A DNA stretch of 63,788 nt, taken from Malacoraja senta (taxonomy: Eukaryota). Below, piece by piece: positions 49,262 to 62,332 of this stretch. The stretch is from contig CM075977.1 in NCBI GenBank assembly GCA_038087875.1, forward strand, positions 217,000,213 through 217,064,000, in the 5' to 3' direction. The notes under the pieces are model-generated. The model was not told the origin of the DNA. It did not search any database and saw nothing but the letters and a program-made list of their open reading frames with translations. The translations under genes and the position numbers were made by a program. How positions within the stretch are numbered: position 1 is the stretch's first letter; each line of letters opens with the position of its first letter.

Positions 49262-49612
49262 AGCGGAATAAATCAGGCAGACGCACAGAGTCTTTTGCCC
49301 AGAGTTGGGGAATCGAGAACTAGAGGACATAGGTTTAAGGCGAAGGAGGGGGGAAAGATATTATAGGAACATGAGGGGTAACGTTATCACACAAAGGGTG
49401 GTGGGTGTATGGAACGAGCTGCCGGAGGAAGTAGTTGAGGCTGGTACTGTCGCAACGTTTAAGAAACATTTGGACAGGTGCATGGATAGGACAGGTTTAG
49501 AGGGATATGGACCAAACGCAGGCAGGTGGGACTAGTGCAGATGAGACATGTTGGTCGGCGTGGGCAAGTTGGGCGGAAAGGCCTATTTCCACACTGTATC
49601 ACTCTATGACTC
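49262..49612 (+). mobile_element. CR1 3' fragment
   Basis: WNELPEEVVEAG...AGRWD*; ctctatgact tail. Confidence 0.88.
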
Positions 49613-50424
49613 TGCCTTGTAGAATACTGGATATAAAGGAGGCTGGAATACACTGCATTATGCTGGGAATCACTGCTTGCTGCCTGCCGCATTACCAGAA
49701 TTCATTTGAAACTTTCCAAAGGTAGTGACTAAGCCTGGAATAGTACACTCACCCAAAAAGCTGTAGTCCTTGCGTAAACTTTTCAACTGAATGCCAAGAA
49801 TGCGTTGGAGACTTCACAGCTAAAATATTTTATCATGAGATCTTTAACGTCAAAATATTGTATCAAACTACGTTCAGATACTATGTGTGGACTACCAGAC
49901 GTTTGATTTGCTTCCCTAGGTATTTAAAGTGAATAAATACATATATTTATCTGAGAGCTTTGAATGCCGTTAACTTAAAATGGTAAAATAGAAAAAGTTT
50001 AATGAAATGGATTTCATCCCCTCAATTGTTGAGTGTTTAAAGCAGAAAGACTGACCTTCTGAAAAAAAAACCACAACTCAGACTTAACATCAGTCATCAG
50101 ACTTAACTGGTTCTTAGCCGGGCAAAGTGCAGACACTTGGTTCTTTTGTGGGGGATAAACCTGCAGCCATGTGGCGCAGCAGTAGAGTTGCTGCCTCACA
50201 GCGCCAGAGGCCCGGGTTCGATCCTGACTACGGGCGCTGTCTGTACAGTTCGTACGCACAGACCAATTGATTAATAAATTCTGGCGAACAAATAGGAACC
50301 CAACGCAGTGGAAACAACACGACGACATCTCCTTGCTAATCCAGCTAAAATCAAGACCTTTGTCTTGTTGAATACTGGATATAAACGATGCCAGAGTACA
50401 TGTTGCATTAAGCTGGGATACAAA

Positions 50425-50728
50425 GGGCAGCACGGTGGCGCAGCAGTAGAGTTGCTGCCTTACAGCGCCAGAGACCCGGGTTCGATCCTGACCATGGGTG
50501 TCGTCTGTACGGAGTTTGTACTTTCTCCCTGTCAACCTGCGTGGGTTTTCGCCGGGATCTCCGGTTTCCTCTCACATTCCAAAGGCGTACAAAGGTTTGC
50601 AGGTTAATTGGCTTCGGTAAAATTGTAAATTGTCCCTAGTGTGTGTAGGATAGTGTGAGTGTACGGGGATTGCTGGTCGGCGGGGACTCGGTGGGTCGAA
50701 GGGCCTGTTTCTGCGCTGTATCTCTAAA
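50425..50728 (+). mobile_element. HE1-like SINE, full length (partial head also at 50168-50253)
   Basis: A/B boxes, core, CR1-like tail. Confidence 0.92.
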
Positions 50729-51146
50729 GTGAAAGCTGTTGAACACTGAATCAAAAGGATTTTATGGAGCAGAAATTATTAAACATTTTACACCCAAGCG
50801 CTCTGTAGTCAGTGAATGACTATTCAGGATAGCTCTTCAACAACAATGCACTCACGCTTACATCATCGTTTTCCAGAGGGAAAAAAAACCTTTCTACATG
50901 ATCACGTATCCCAAAGATCCGTCTTTAACCACAATGTTTATGAAAGAATGTTAGTTAGAATCTAAGCTAATGTCCTAGACATCTTTTGTTTGACCAAATG
51001 TGTTGATATAAATCAAAACTCAGCAGCTTGTCCAAATACTGTGGGAAGAACAATGTTACTCATCCAGCAAACACAAATTGAGAGAAGCTACTGTTTCAAA
51101 GCAGCAGATCTAGTCATTGTTCTGTGCTGTTCTGGTCACCCCATTA

Positions 51147-51443
51147 GTTAGTTTAGTTTAGTTTAGAGATACAGCGCGGAAACAGGCCCTCCAGCCCACT
51201 GAGTCCCGCACCGAACAGCGGTCCCTGCACATTAACACTATCCTACACACACTAGAGACAATTTTACATTTATTATACCCTACAAACCTATTGTCTTTGG
51301 AGTGTGGGAGGAAACCAAAGATCTCCCAGGGAGAACGTAAAATCTCCGTACAGACAGTGCCCGTAGTCGGGATCGAACCTTGGTCTCTGGCACTGTAAGC
51401 GATGTAAGGCACCAACTTTACCCGCTAACCCACCGTGCCACCC
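51147..51443 (-). mobile_element. HE1-like SINE
   Basis: (tagtt)n tail plus family core. Confidence 0.88.
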
Positions 51444-51469
51444 TTAATGGAAGAATGCAAAGGCTTTGT

Positions 51470-52108
51470 TGAGGGTGCAGATGAGTTTTACCACAATGTC
51501 GCCTGGATTAGAGGAAGCATTCCTCAAAGGTGATGTTGGATAAACTTAGATTGTTTTCTCTGGAGTGTCGGAGGCATGCGTGGAGATCTGATAGATAGAT
51601 GTATATAAAATGATGATGGGCACATAGAGGGTAGACTATCAGAATCTTTTTCCCCAGGGTGGAAATGACAAGGACTAGAAGGCATAGCTTTATGGAGGGA
51701 TGGGAAAAGTTGAAAGGAGGTGGGGGGGAATCGAGAAAACAGAGGGCATAGGTTTAAGGTGAAGGGGGAAAGAATTTACAGGAATCTCAAGGGTAACTTT
51801 TTGACGCAAAGGGTGGTGGGTGTATGGAACGAGCTGCCGGGAGGAGCTGGCTGAGGCAGGGACTATCGCAACGTTTAAGAAACAAATAGACAGGGACATG
51901 GATAGGCCAGGTTTAGAGGGATATTTAGTTGAAACACGTTGGACGATGTGAGCAAGTTGGGCCAAAGAGCCTGTTTCCACACTCTATGACTTTATGAGAT
52001 GCGCTGGGCCAAGTTTTTTGACACAGACGGGAGGGAGTGGGTTCCTAGAACTCACTGCCGGGAATGGTGATGGAGACACAATTGTCACAAATTGTCCAAA
52101 AGTGGCAA
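51470..52108 (+). mobile_element. Nested CR1 fragments
   Basis: Older CR1 interrupted by a younger 3' piece (about 51725-51992). Confidence 0.7.
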
Positions 52109-52112
52109 TTAA

Positions 52113-52468
52113 AGGGCCTGTCCCACTGTACGAGGTAATTCAAGAGTTCTCCCGAGTTTTCCCTGAATCGAACTCGGAGAATGTCCGTAGCGGGTCCGTA
52201 GGGTTCGTGGATGTCTCGTAGCGGCTCGTACGAGTAACGGTAGGTACTCGGGAAATCCGGTAAACTCGTGACCTTTTTTTCAACACTGTGAAAAATGTTC
52301 ACGAGTAAAAAAATACTCGTGATGAGAAAAATGGTTACTTTTTACTCGTACGAGCCGCTACGAGACATCCATGAACTCCTACGGATCCGCTACGGACATT
52401 CTCCGAGTTCGAATCAGGGGAAAACATGGGAGAACTCTTGAATTACCTCGTACAGTGGGACAGGCCCT
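52113..52468. mobile_element. PIF/Harbinger-type MITE
   Basis: About 120-bp TIRs starting AGGGCCTGTCCCACTGTACGAG; TAA TSD at 52110-52112 and 52469-52471. Confidence 0.92.
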
Positions 52469-52814
52469 TAAGAGGCTCTGAGCTATCCAGAACATGGCGG
52501 GACTTGAACCACATGCAGGCAGGGTTGATCCGTTTACTTATCATCATGTTCGATAAAGACCTTGTGGGGTGAAGGGCCTGGTTGTGGGCTTTGCTGTTCC
52601 ATATAGAATCTAAATTAATGTTCGAAGTATCTTTAGTCGAGCAAATATGCTGATATAAATCAAAAACTCAGCAGCAGGTCAAATTATCATTTAAGATGAG
52701 GGTGGGAACCTACTGGAACAAAGGTTAAAACCTTTCTGCCTCTGTGAGAGAATTGACCTACACTTTAATATTGGGCATCTGAAGCATTTGCTAGGCAGAT
52801 TCTTCATGAACTTC

Positions 52815-53470
52815 ATAAGTTATCAGAGCAGGATTAGGCCATTTGGCCCTTCAAGTCTACTCACCATTCAATCATTGCTGATCAATCTTTCCCTCTCAAA
52901 CCCATTCTCCTGCTTTCTCCCCATAATCCCTGGCACCCGTACTAATCCATCAATCACCACCTTTAAAATATCCATTGACTTGGCCTCCCCGCCTTATGTG
53001 GCAATTAATTCCACAGAATTCTGATTAAAGACATTCCTCCTCGTCTCCTTTCCAAAGGTACGTCCTTTTATTCTGAGGCTATGGCCTCTGGTCCTGGACT
53101 CTCCCACTAGTGGAAACATCCTCTCCACATCCACTCCATCCAGGGCTTTCACTATTCGGTAAGTTTCAATGAGGTCGCCCCCTCATCCTTCTAAACTCCA
53201 GGCCCAATGCCGTCAAATTATAGTTTAGAGATACAGCGCAGAAACAGGCCATTCGGCCCACTGAGTCTGCACCGACCAGCGATCCCCGCACATTAATACT
53301 ATCCTACACACACTAGGGTCAATTTAAACCTATACCAAGCCAATTTACCTACATGCTTGTACGTCTTTTGGAGTGTGGGAGGAAACCGAAGGTCTCGGAG
53401 AAAACCCACGCGGTCACGGGGAGAACGGGTCTCTGGAGCGGCAAGCGCTCTAAGGCAACAACTCTACCAC
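52815..53470 (-). mobile_element. CR1 fragment (52815-53215) followed by HE1-like SINE (53220-53470)
   Basis: Family similarity. Confidence 0.85.
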
Positions 53471-53974
53471 CGAGCGGTGGGTACCCTGACCCTATTTTAA
53501 TGGTTAATAGCGGGGCACCTCAACTATTAAACCCAGCTGGACCCACGGCAGGAACCCACCCCCAAAATAAATGCCCAGAAAAAAAGGCATTGTGTGTCCA
53601 GGTGTCGTAACGTGCAGATGAGGGTTGAGTTACTCCAGATGGAATTTGGGCGGATGGAATTTGGGCGGTTCATCTGTAAAATAAAACTAAGCTCTCTGAA
53701 TACATCACCTCGTCAACCAAAAGAAAGAAAACTGGCCAGCAATTCAATCACACAAATACTCTCATTTTCAGCTACATGGGAACGAAAAAGCAGTGAATCG
53801 GATAAGAACCATTTCCAGTCATGTTGTGTCATCCAGAAAATTTGACTAGACACGAGTCACGACTTGCGCTCCTGACAAGATTGCCACATCCCTGCTCGCA
53901 TGGGATGATGCCATTCCCTTTGGGAGCATTGAGGGGAAACCTGAACCACGATCTCCCGGGAAAATCAATTCCCA

Positions 53975-54635
53975 GGCCTGGATAGAGTGGATGGTAGAGA
54001 GGATGTTTAGACTAGCCTGGACCTCTAGGACCAGAGGTCACAGCCTCAGAATAAAAGGACGATCCTTTAGGAAGGAGATGAGGAGGAATTTCTTTAGTCA
54101 GAGGGTGGTGAATCCGTGGAATTCATTGCCATGAGAAGGCTGTGGAGGCAAGTCCGTGGATATTTTTAAGGCAGAGATGGATAGATTCTTGATTAGTATG
54201 GGCTTCAGGGGTTACGGGGGAGAAGGCAGGAGAATGGGGTTAGGAGAGAGATAGATCAGCCATAATGGAATGGCGCAGTAGTCTTGATGGGCTGAATGGC
54301 CTAATTCTGGTCCTATCACTTATGAACTTAGGAAAACCCGGTAGTTTGGCGGCCGAGTCAACAAATTATTCTGATGACCCTTCTCAAGACTGTACACATT
54401 TCTCTTATTAAACATGGGCCTGCCGACAGTGGGTGCCTGGAACGCGCTGCCAGGGGTGGTGGTGGAGGCAGTTACGATAGTAGCATTTAAGAGGCCTTTA
54501 GTCGGCACATAGGTATGCAGGAAATGGAGGGATATGGATGACGTGAGGACAGAGTTAAATTTCATATCATGTTTAGCACCGAAAAATGTGGGCCAAGGGC
54601 CTCTTCCTGGGTTGTACTGTTCTACGTTCTATGTA
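53975..54635 (+). mobile_element. Two CR1 3' fragments
   Basis: CR1 3' UTRs ending at about 54328 and 54633. Confidence 0.8.
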
Positions 54636-54637
54636 TT

Positions 54638-55176
54638 TAGAGTTGCCAACTGTCCCGTATTAGCCGGGACATCCCGTATATTGGGCTAAATTGGTTTGTC
54701 CCGTACGGGACCGCCCTTGTCCCGTATTTGACTGCTACTACTCGGGTCGAGGGGACTGTCGGGTCGGAGCGCCGCGTCCGGCCTCGCCTCGCCCGTCCCG
54801 ACATAGTGCAGCCCATGGAGTGTAGCAGCAGCAGCAGCAGCGCCTCGCCCGTGGCCCCGTCGGTCGGCAGCCCGGCCAGCCGTCCGACCTTCGGACCTTC
54901 GCTTACCGCCGACACCACCACCACCCCTCCTTCTCATGGCCGATCATCGGTTCGTGAGTTGGACGGGGGCGCTGGACTCTTGCGCGGCAACGTCGCGCGG
55001 CCCGGGCCAAAACCCCTCAGCTGGCCCGCCGGCTGGGCTTTGTGTGCAGTCCAGCACCCGGGCCAACTCATCATTCACCCAGCCACCTCCGTGTCAGTCA
55101 ACGAATTGCCGTCGGGAATTGGTCCCTCATTTTGACCTTTTGTCCCTTGTTGGGAGTGAGAACGTTGGCGACCCTA
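54638..55176 (+). mobile_element. hAT-type MITE, copy 2
   Basis: TIRs tagagttgccaac/gttggcgacccta; colinear with 45557-46490; no clear TSD. Confidence 0.88.
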
Positions 55177-55263
55177 GTTCTCACATATTATTCTCAAACA
55201 GTAGACATTAACTTTACTGTGTGGCAAGTTTTGTGAGTCATTTCTTGGAAATAATAATGGATC

Positions 55264-55575
55264 TTAGTTTACTGTAGAGATTCAGCATGGAAAACAGGCC
55301 CTTCGGCCCACCTAGCCCATGCTGACCATCAATCACTCATTCTCTGCTATCCCATTTTCGCCTCCACCCACTAGGGGCGATTCACAGGGGCCAATTAACC
55401 CGCAGACCCCGCTGTCTTTGGGACGCGGGTGAAAGCCAGAGCACCAGGAAGAAACCCACACGGTCACAGGCAGAAGGTGTAAACTCCGCACGCAAACCAC
55501 ACCTAAGGTCAGGAATGAGCCCAGGTCTCTGGCGCCTTGAAGCAGCAACTCTACCGCTGCGCCACTGGGCCGCCT
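55264..55575 (-). mobile_element. HE1-like SINE (older)
   Basis: Family similarity. Confidence 0.8.
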
Positions 55576-55956
55576 AAATAGGGTAGATGAAAAGAGACTT
55601 TTACCCGTAGGTTTAATAGGAACCTGAGAGGCCAATTGTTTTACACAGAGGATGGTGGTGTTATGGAACGAACTGCCAGAGGAAGTAGTTTGAGGCAGGT
55701 GATCTTGGTGACCAGTGATAGGAAAATACACAGGCACACATTTAATTTCCCTACGCTCGGGGCCAGTGACTCAAACCATTCAATCAATCTTCACCTGAAG
55801 AACATCACGGAGGTTGGGACACGTTGCAGGTAAAGACGGGCGTAACTGGTAAACTTCTGGATCATAGACCAGGGCGACAAAATAAATCTCCATCAATCTT
55901 AAACTACCTGGCATTCTGATACCAGTTTTAATTGCACTGAATGGTCCCTCCATTTA

Positions 55957-56274
55957 GGGGCGGCACGGTGGCGCAGCGGTAGAGTTGCTGCCTTGCAACG
56001 CCAGAGACCCGGGTTCAATCCTGACTATACGGGTGTTGTCTGTACGGAGTTTTTTTACTTCTCCCATGACCTGCGTGGCTTTTCTCCGGGTGCTCTGGTT
56101 TCCTCCCACACTCCAAAGACGTACAGGTTTTGTAGGCTAATTGGCTTGGTATAATTGTAAACGGTCCCTCGTGTGTGCAGGATAGCATTAGTGTGGGGGG
56201 GAGGGGGGATGGTCGGAACGAAATCGATGGGCCGAAGGGCCTGTTTCCGTGCTGTGTTTCTAAACTAAAGTAAA
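55957..56274 (+). mobile_element. HE1-like SINE, full length
   Basis: ggggcggcacggtggcgcagcgg head, B box, tail. Confidence 0.92.
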
Positions 56275-56449
56275 CGTACCTGAAAATGTACGCGGAATTT
56301 AAGGTTTATGTCTGCTTCTGAAAAGGCAAAAATCGCTCTTTTCACGCATTTTGGGGAGGGGTGGGGGGGGGGGGGGTTGGGGGTCGGAGGATGGGAGGTT
56401 GTTTATTGTTCTTGTTTAACTTCCATACAGAAAGTAAGTTAGTGAGTTA

Positions 56450-58205
56450 TCATAAGGCCACACTTGTAGTATTGTGTTCAGTGTTGGTCACCTGCTATAG
56501 GAAGGATGTCATTGAGCTGAAAAGAGTGCAGAGATAATCTATGAGGACGTTGCCAGGATTTGAGGGGCTGAGCTATAGGTGGAGGTTGGGAAGGCTAGGA
56601 TTTTATTCTTTGGAGCACAGGAGGCTGAGGGGGTGATCTTGTAGAGGTGTATTAAAATAATGAGGGAAATAGATAAGGGAGTTTGTTTTACTCAGAGTAG
56701 GGGCATCAAGAACCAGAGGACATATGTTTAAGGTGAGAGGGGCAAGATATATCAGCCACGATTGAATGGCAGAGTAGTCTCGACAGGGGCCTAATAGATT
56801 AATTCTGCTCCTATGACTTGTGCAGATTTAATATGAACCCGAGGGGCAACTTTTTCACTCAGAGGATGGTGGGTATATGGAACAAGCTGCCAGAGGAGAT
56901 AGTTGAGGCAGGTACTATAAAATCATTTAAAACGCATTTAGACCAGTACATGGATAGGAAAGGCTGAGAGGGACAGGGGCCAAATGCAGGCAAACGGGAC
57001 TAGCTTAGATTGGGAATTTTGTTCGCCATGAGTGGGTTGGGCCGAAGGGCCTGTTTCCGTGCTCTGTGACTGATAATTGCCGCAGTTGTAAATATCAATA
57101 CACCAAGGTGCTTTGTAGGATCTCCTCTTTGTAAAGGCGTCAAGCGATCCTGGCTGAATTGTGCCTGTGCAGCTTTAGATTTACTGTAAAAGGGCGTGGG
57201 CCAACAGCAAAGAGTGAAGTGGTTGCATAACCTGGGCTTATTGGAACACGTATTAACACACTGCACTGCATCATAACAGTAAGGAAGAATTAAGGAAGGC
57301 AAACACAATATCTATTTTGACAGGACTAGAATACAAAAACAGGGATGCAATGCTGAGGCTCAGACCACATTTGGAGCACTGTGAGCAGTTTTTGGGCCCC
57401 ATATCTGAGGAAGGATGTGCTGGCGTTGGTGAGGGGCCAGAGGAGGTTTACAAGAATGATCCCAGGAATGAGTGGGTTGACACATATGATGAGCGTTTGA
57501 CGGTGCTGGGCCTGTACTCGCTGAAGTTTAGAAGAATGAGGCGGGACCTCATTGAAACTTGCCGAATAGTGAAAGACTTGGATAGAGTGGATGTGGAGAG
57601 GATGTTTCCACTCGCGGAAAGTCTAAGACCAGAGGTCATAGCTTCAGATGCTCCTTTAGGACGGAGATGAGGAGGAATTTATTTCATCAGAGGGCATTAA
57701 GGGACAAAGGTTTAGGGGTAACATGAGGGGGAACTTCCTTACTCAGAGAGTGGTGGCTGTGTGGAATGAGCTTCCAGTGGAAGTGGTGGCGGCAGGTTCG
57801 ATTTAATCATTTAAAAATAAATTGGATAGGTATATGGACGGGAAAGGAATGGAGGGTTATGGTCTGAGTGCAGGTAGATGGGACTAGGTGAGAATAAGTG
57901 TTCGGCACGGACTAGGAGGGCCGAGATGGCCTGTTTCCGTGCTGTAATTGTTATATGGTTATATGGTTATATATGGCGGTGAATCTGAGGAATTCTTTCC
58001 CACAGAAGGCTGTGGAGGCCGAGTGAATGGGTATTTTTAAGGCAGAGATAGATAGATTCTTGATTAGTACGGGAATCAGGGGTTATGGGGAAAAGGCAGG
58101 AGAATGGGGTTTGGAGGGAGAGATAGATCAGCCATGAATTGAATGGCGGAGTAGACCTGATGGGCCGAATGGCCTATTTCTGCTGCCATCACATATGACC
58201 TTATA
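56450..58205 (+). mobile_element. CR1 fragments, including a young copy (57695-57976) nested in an older one
   Basis: 57695-57976 is nearly identical to the 3' end of 40005-41296, with a (tatggtta)n tail. Confidence 0.85.
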
Positions 58206-58323
58206 ACAGAGATGGGAATAAGGGCTTCTAATGTGCAGTGGACTCCTGTGTTCTTCACGTGATTGTACCCATCTCCCATCCTATAGACATTGGGCATTAC
58301 TGGGAGTAAGGCACCAGTTTCTA

Positions 58324-58509
58324 TGTGCAGGAAGGAACTACAGATGCTGGTTTGAAACCGAAGATAGACACAAAAAGCTGGAGTAACTCAGCGGGACAGG
58401 CAGCGTCTATGGAGAGAAGGAATGGAATTCGAGACGACCCGAAACATCACCCATACCTTCTCTCCACAGATGCTGCCTGTCCCGCTGAGTTACTCCAGCT
58501 TTTTGTGCA
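58324..58509. mobile_element. Fold-back Penelope-like element
   Basis: Inverted arms; TSD agtttcta at 58316-58323 and 58510-58517; hammerhead 5' core missing. Confidence 0.8.
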
Positions 58510-58989
58510 AGTTTCTAGTTTTGCCAACATAGCTTCAGTGGAAACACATTTAAATGTAAGGTTCCATCCATCTCCAGTGCTGCGGTGGGAGAAACCCCAA
58601 GGAACGTTTTGAACCTAGTTCTGGCAAAATGACAGAACAAAAAGCTGCATTCCACCGTCCCCTGCCAAGGGCTAACCCACATGTGTGAACTAGCATGATG
58701 GATGTTGACAAACTACTGATTTATTCCGCTGCAAACAAAAGGACACAAAGTGCTGGAGTAACTCAGCGGATCAGGAAGCTTCTCTGGGGATCACATATAC
58801 ATATATTGAATTCTTGACTTCTCCAGTATTAACCGACCTCCACCTTCACTCCCCTCTTCCCCTTGCCCCCTACCTCGCCCCCCCTTGTCGTTTAACCAGT
58901 TCCTGAGCTCTCCGCATTGTATCCCTCTTGAGTTCACGCCTTCCTTAGCCTACGATGGACCCACCATCACCCACCACGGTTTCATAGAT

Positions 58990-59212
58990 AGACATCATAG
59001 AACATAGAATGTAGGTGCAGGAGGAGGCCATTCGGCCCTTCGAGCCAGCATCGCCATTCATTGTGATCATGGCTGATCGTCCCCGATCAATAACCCGTGC
59101 CTGCCTTCTCCCCATATCCCTTGACTTCACTAGCCCCTAGAGCTCTATCTAACTCTCTCTTAAATCCATCCAGTGACTTGTCCTCCACTGCCCTCTGTGG
59201 CAGGGAATTCCA
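58990..59212 (-). mobile_element. CR1 3' end
   Basis: Reverse complement of the subfamily seen at 45961-46410. Confidence 0.85.
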
Positions 59213-59615
59213 CTGTGGCAGGGATGTGGTGGAACCGGGAAGCCGCCCGAAGTCTCATCGGTCGATGGGAACCCACCCGAAGTCTCGGCGGATGACGTAA
59301 CCGGGAGGGAGCCACTGGAGACGTGGGACGTGAGGAGCAAGGGCCGGTTGGAGGGTGAACCGGGGAAACGCCTCCAGCACCTTCAAGGTCGGCTGCAGGA
59401 GGCACCACCGGGACACAAAGATGGCCGGGCAAGGAGAGGAGAGGGACTTCGGTCCGCGGGAACTGCTCCAGTACATCGAGCGCGCGGGCTGACCGGGCTT
59501 CGGGCTTTTGAGTAATGGTGCCAAAAATGGCGGCGCCCGCGTGTGTAATATATGTAAAAAGAATTTCATTGCGCAGTTTGCATGTGTGACACATAAGGCA
59601 CCATTGACACTATTG
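59213..59615 (+). mobile_element. GC-rich unclassified element with LINE-like 3' tail
   Basis: CpG-rich body; tail aaagaatttcattgcgc...gtgtgacacataaggcaccattga resembles the Rex1-type tails in this window. Confidence 0.5.
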
Positions 59616-59904
59616 CTTCAGCTATTACACACAAAGGGTGGTGGGTGTACGGAACAAGCTGCCAAAGGAGGTAGTTGAGGCTGGGACTAATGTTTAAGAC
59701 ACAGTTAGATAGGTACATGGATAGGACAGGTTTGGAGGGATATGTGCCCAAACGCGGGTAGGTGAGACTATTTTGATGGGACATGTTGGCCGATGTGGGC
59801 AAGTTGGGCTGAAGGGCCTGTTTCCATACTGTATCACTCTGATTCTAAGCAAAAAATAACCTCATCAAATGCTTCTACTTCCTTAAGAGACCTGAGAAGA
59901 TTAG

Positions 59905-60360
59905 AGAGTAGTAGACACAGCCTGATCCACCATGGGTACTGACCTCCCCACCATCACAGCTATCCACGGGAGGCCACCGCCTCAAAAAGGCAGCCAATAT
60001 CATCAAAGATGCACACCATCCTGGCCACACTCTCATTTCACTACTACCATCGGGCAAAAAAGTACAAGAGCCTGAAAACCTTGACCACCAGGTTCAGGAA
60101 CAGCCTCTTCCCACAAACATACGGCTCTTGAATACTACGCAGCACTAACCTCAGCATGTATGGTCTTCTATGGACTGTGTCTTTGACTGCAAATATGGAC
60201 TTTGGTTTTTGCACCATTATGGTTACCTTAATATAGCTTTATTGTACTTTTGATTATGATATATTATCTCTGCGTCATTGCATTTACTGGGCTGTTAAAC
60301 TACAGACAAGTAATAATTTTTTTCTTCCTTGTGGATACTACTAACAATTAAACACTCGGG
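59905..60360 (+). mobile_element. Rex1/Babar 3' fragment
   Basis: Similar to the reverse complement of 9345-9590 (IIKDAHHPGHTLISLLPSG). Confidence 0.8.
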
Positions 60361-60577
60361 ACAGTTTCAACCGACTCTTTATGTGCTGGGGAGAAAACCT
60401 GAGTTCAAGGTCACACCCTCATCTCTGCTGAGGAGGTCATTGGCCCAAGTTAAGTGCAGAGCCTCCAGGACCTTTAAACAACAGGAATATCCCTGCAGCA
60501 TGGAGGGATGCCCACTGTCAGAGTTCTGTACAATGCAACTTTAAAATCCAAAATCTTTCTTTCTTTAGGGTGCCAGT

Positions 60578-61088
60578 TAGGGTTGTCGACTTTCTCACTC
60601 CCAATTAAGGGACAAAAGGTCAAAATAAAGGACAAATTCCCAACGGCAATTCGTTGACCGACTCGGCCATGGCTGGTGAATGATGCGTAGGCCCGGGTGC
60701 TGGACTGCACACAAAGCCCAGCCGGCGGGCGGGCCAGCTGAGGAGTTTTGGCCCGGGTGCAAAGTCCGGCGCTCCATCCAACTCACGAACCGATGATCGG
60801 CCATGAGAAGGAGGGGTGGTGGTGGTGGTGTCGGCGGTAAGCGAAGGTCCGAAGGTCGGACAGCTGGCCGGGCTGCCGACCGACGGGGCCACGGGCGAGG
60901 GGCTGCTGCTGCTGCTGCACTACGTCGGGACGGGTGAGGCGGGGCTGAACGCGGTGCTCCGACCCGACAGTCACCTCGACTCGAGTAGTAGCAGTCAAAT
61001 ACGGGACAAGGGCGGTCCCGTGTGGGACAAACCAATTTAGCCCAATGTACGGGATGTCCTGGCTAATACGGGACTGTTGGCGACCCTA
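60578..61088 (-). mobile_element. hAT-type MITE, copy 3
   Basis: Reverse complement of 54638-55176; flanks gtgccagt/gtggcggt (6/8). Confidence 0.88.
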
Positions 61089-61902
61089 GTGGCGGTATAA
61101 GATCAAGGACAGTTGAGTACAGTAAAATAACAAGAATAAGTCTGTTTGTTTGAGGACTAATGCTACACACTGACTTTAAGAGCCCTCAACATCGGCTGTG
61201 GGAGGTGCCCCGCGGGACACAGAGGCTGATCACTGGCCGGGTGAGGAGATGGACCACAGTTCGCTGGCCGTTCTGGATTGAGGTGACGGCTGGAGGCCCT
61301 GCAGCAGCCTGGGGCTCGCCTGGATCGGGCACCGCTCCAGGAGGCCGAGCGTGCGGACCGGATGCGGCCTACAGCAGCATGGAGCAGCATTGGAAGATGC
61401 TTACAACTTTGCTTGCCCAGGCTGACCCAGCAATGCTGCCAGGATAGATTACCATTGACAGTTGTTCTGATACGTTTGAATTCTTCCACAATAGCTGGGA
61501 GTCATTAAATAAATCTGCAATAGTGAATCAATTGAATCGTTGATTGAAACTGCTGGTTCACTAAAGGTCAGTGAAGGAAATCTGCCCTCCTGGCCTTCGT
61601 ACAACTTCCGAAACACCAGATTGGCTGACTTTTATCCTCAGATGTTGTAGGAAGCTACCTGCACCTGACGCCAGATAGAGACGGAAAAAAAATCCTGCTG
61701 TTGCTGACAACATTCAAGTTCCACGATCAAACGAAAACTAAATCCGGAGGGGACATTAAGGCATTGAAGCACAGCTCAAAACGCACAGAATGTGAAAACA
61801 CCGGCTAGGACTAGGCCCCATTCATGCCTGTTCTGTCAGTCAGTGTGTTCATGGCTGATTTTCTTATCAGATTCTCCATTATCCCAGCAAATTCAGTATC
61901 CA

Positions 61903-62187
61903 GGGGCGGCACGGTGGCGCAGCGGTAGAGTTGCTGCCTTACAACGCCAGTGACCCGGGTACGATCCTGACTACAGGTGCTGTCTGTATGGAGTTTGTAC
62001 GTTCTCTCCGGTTTCCTCCCACACTCCAAAGACGTACCGTTTTTTAAGTTAATTGGCTTGGTATAATTGTAAACTGTCCCTAGTGTGTGTAGGATAGTGT
62101 TAATGTGCGGGAATCGCCTGTCGACGTGGACTCGGTGGGCCGAAGGGCCTGCTTCTGCACTGTATTTCTGAACTAAAATAAACTAAA
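61903..62187 (+). mobile_element. HE1-like SINE
   Basis: Family head and tail. Confidence 0.9.
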
Positions 62188-62332
62188 TCATGTGTTTGGA
62201 ATTGCAAAGATTTACAATCTACAGGAATAATCTCTCCAGTCATAAATAACCATTCCAAGGCCATTTGTTTAACACTTTCCAAGTCAGCCCTATCAATCTG
62301 AAAACCTCTCACTCTTTTAAAGCTCCAGAGAC

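Noticed and set aside
50425-50500. tRNA genes suggested by A/B boxes
   Set aside because: They are SINE heads continuing into the family core and CR1-like tail.
60380-60570. Possible ancient Deu-domain (AmnSINE1/SacSINE1-like) SINE head
   Set aside because: Resemblance too degraded to support without an alignment.
45469-61040. Recurrent ORFs such as MTATTRVEGTVGSE, suggesting a gene family
   Set aside because: Translations of the three copies of a non-coding hAT-type MITE; frames are not conserved between copies.
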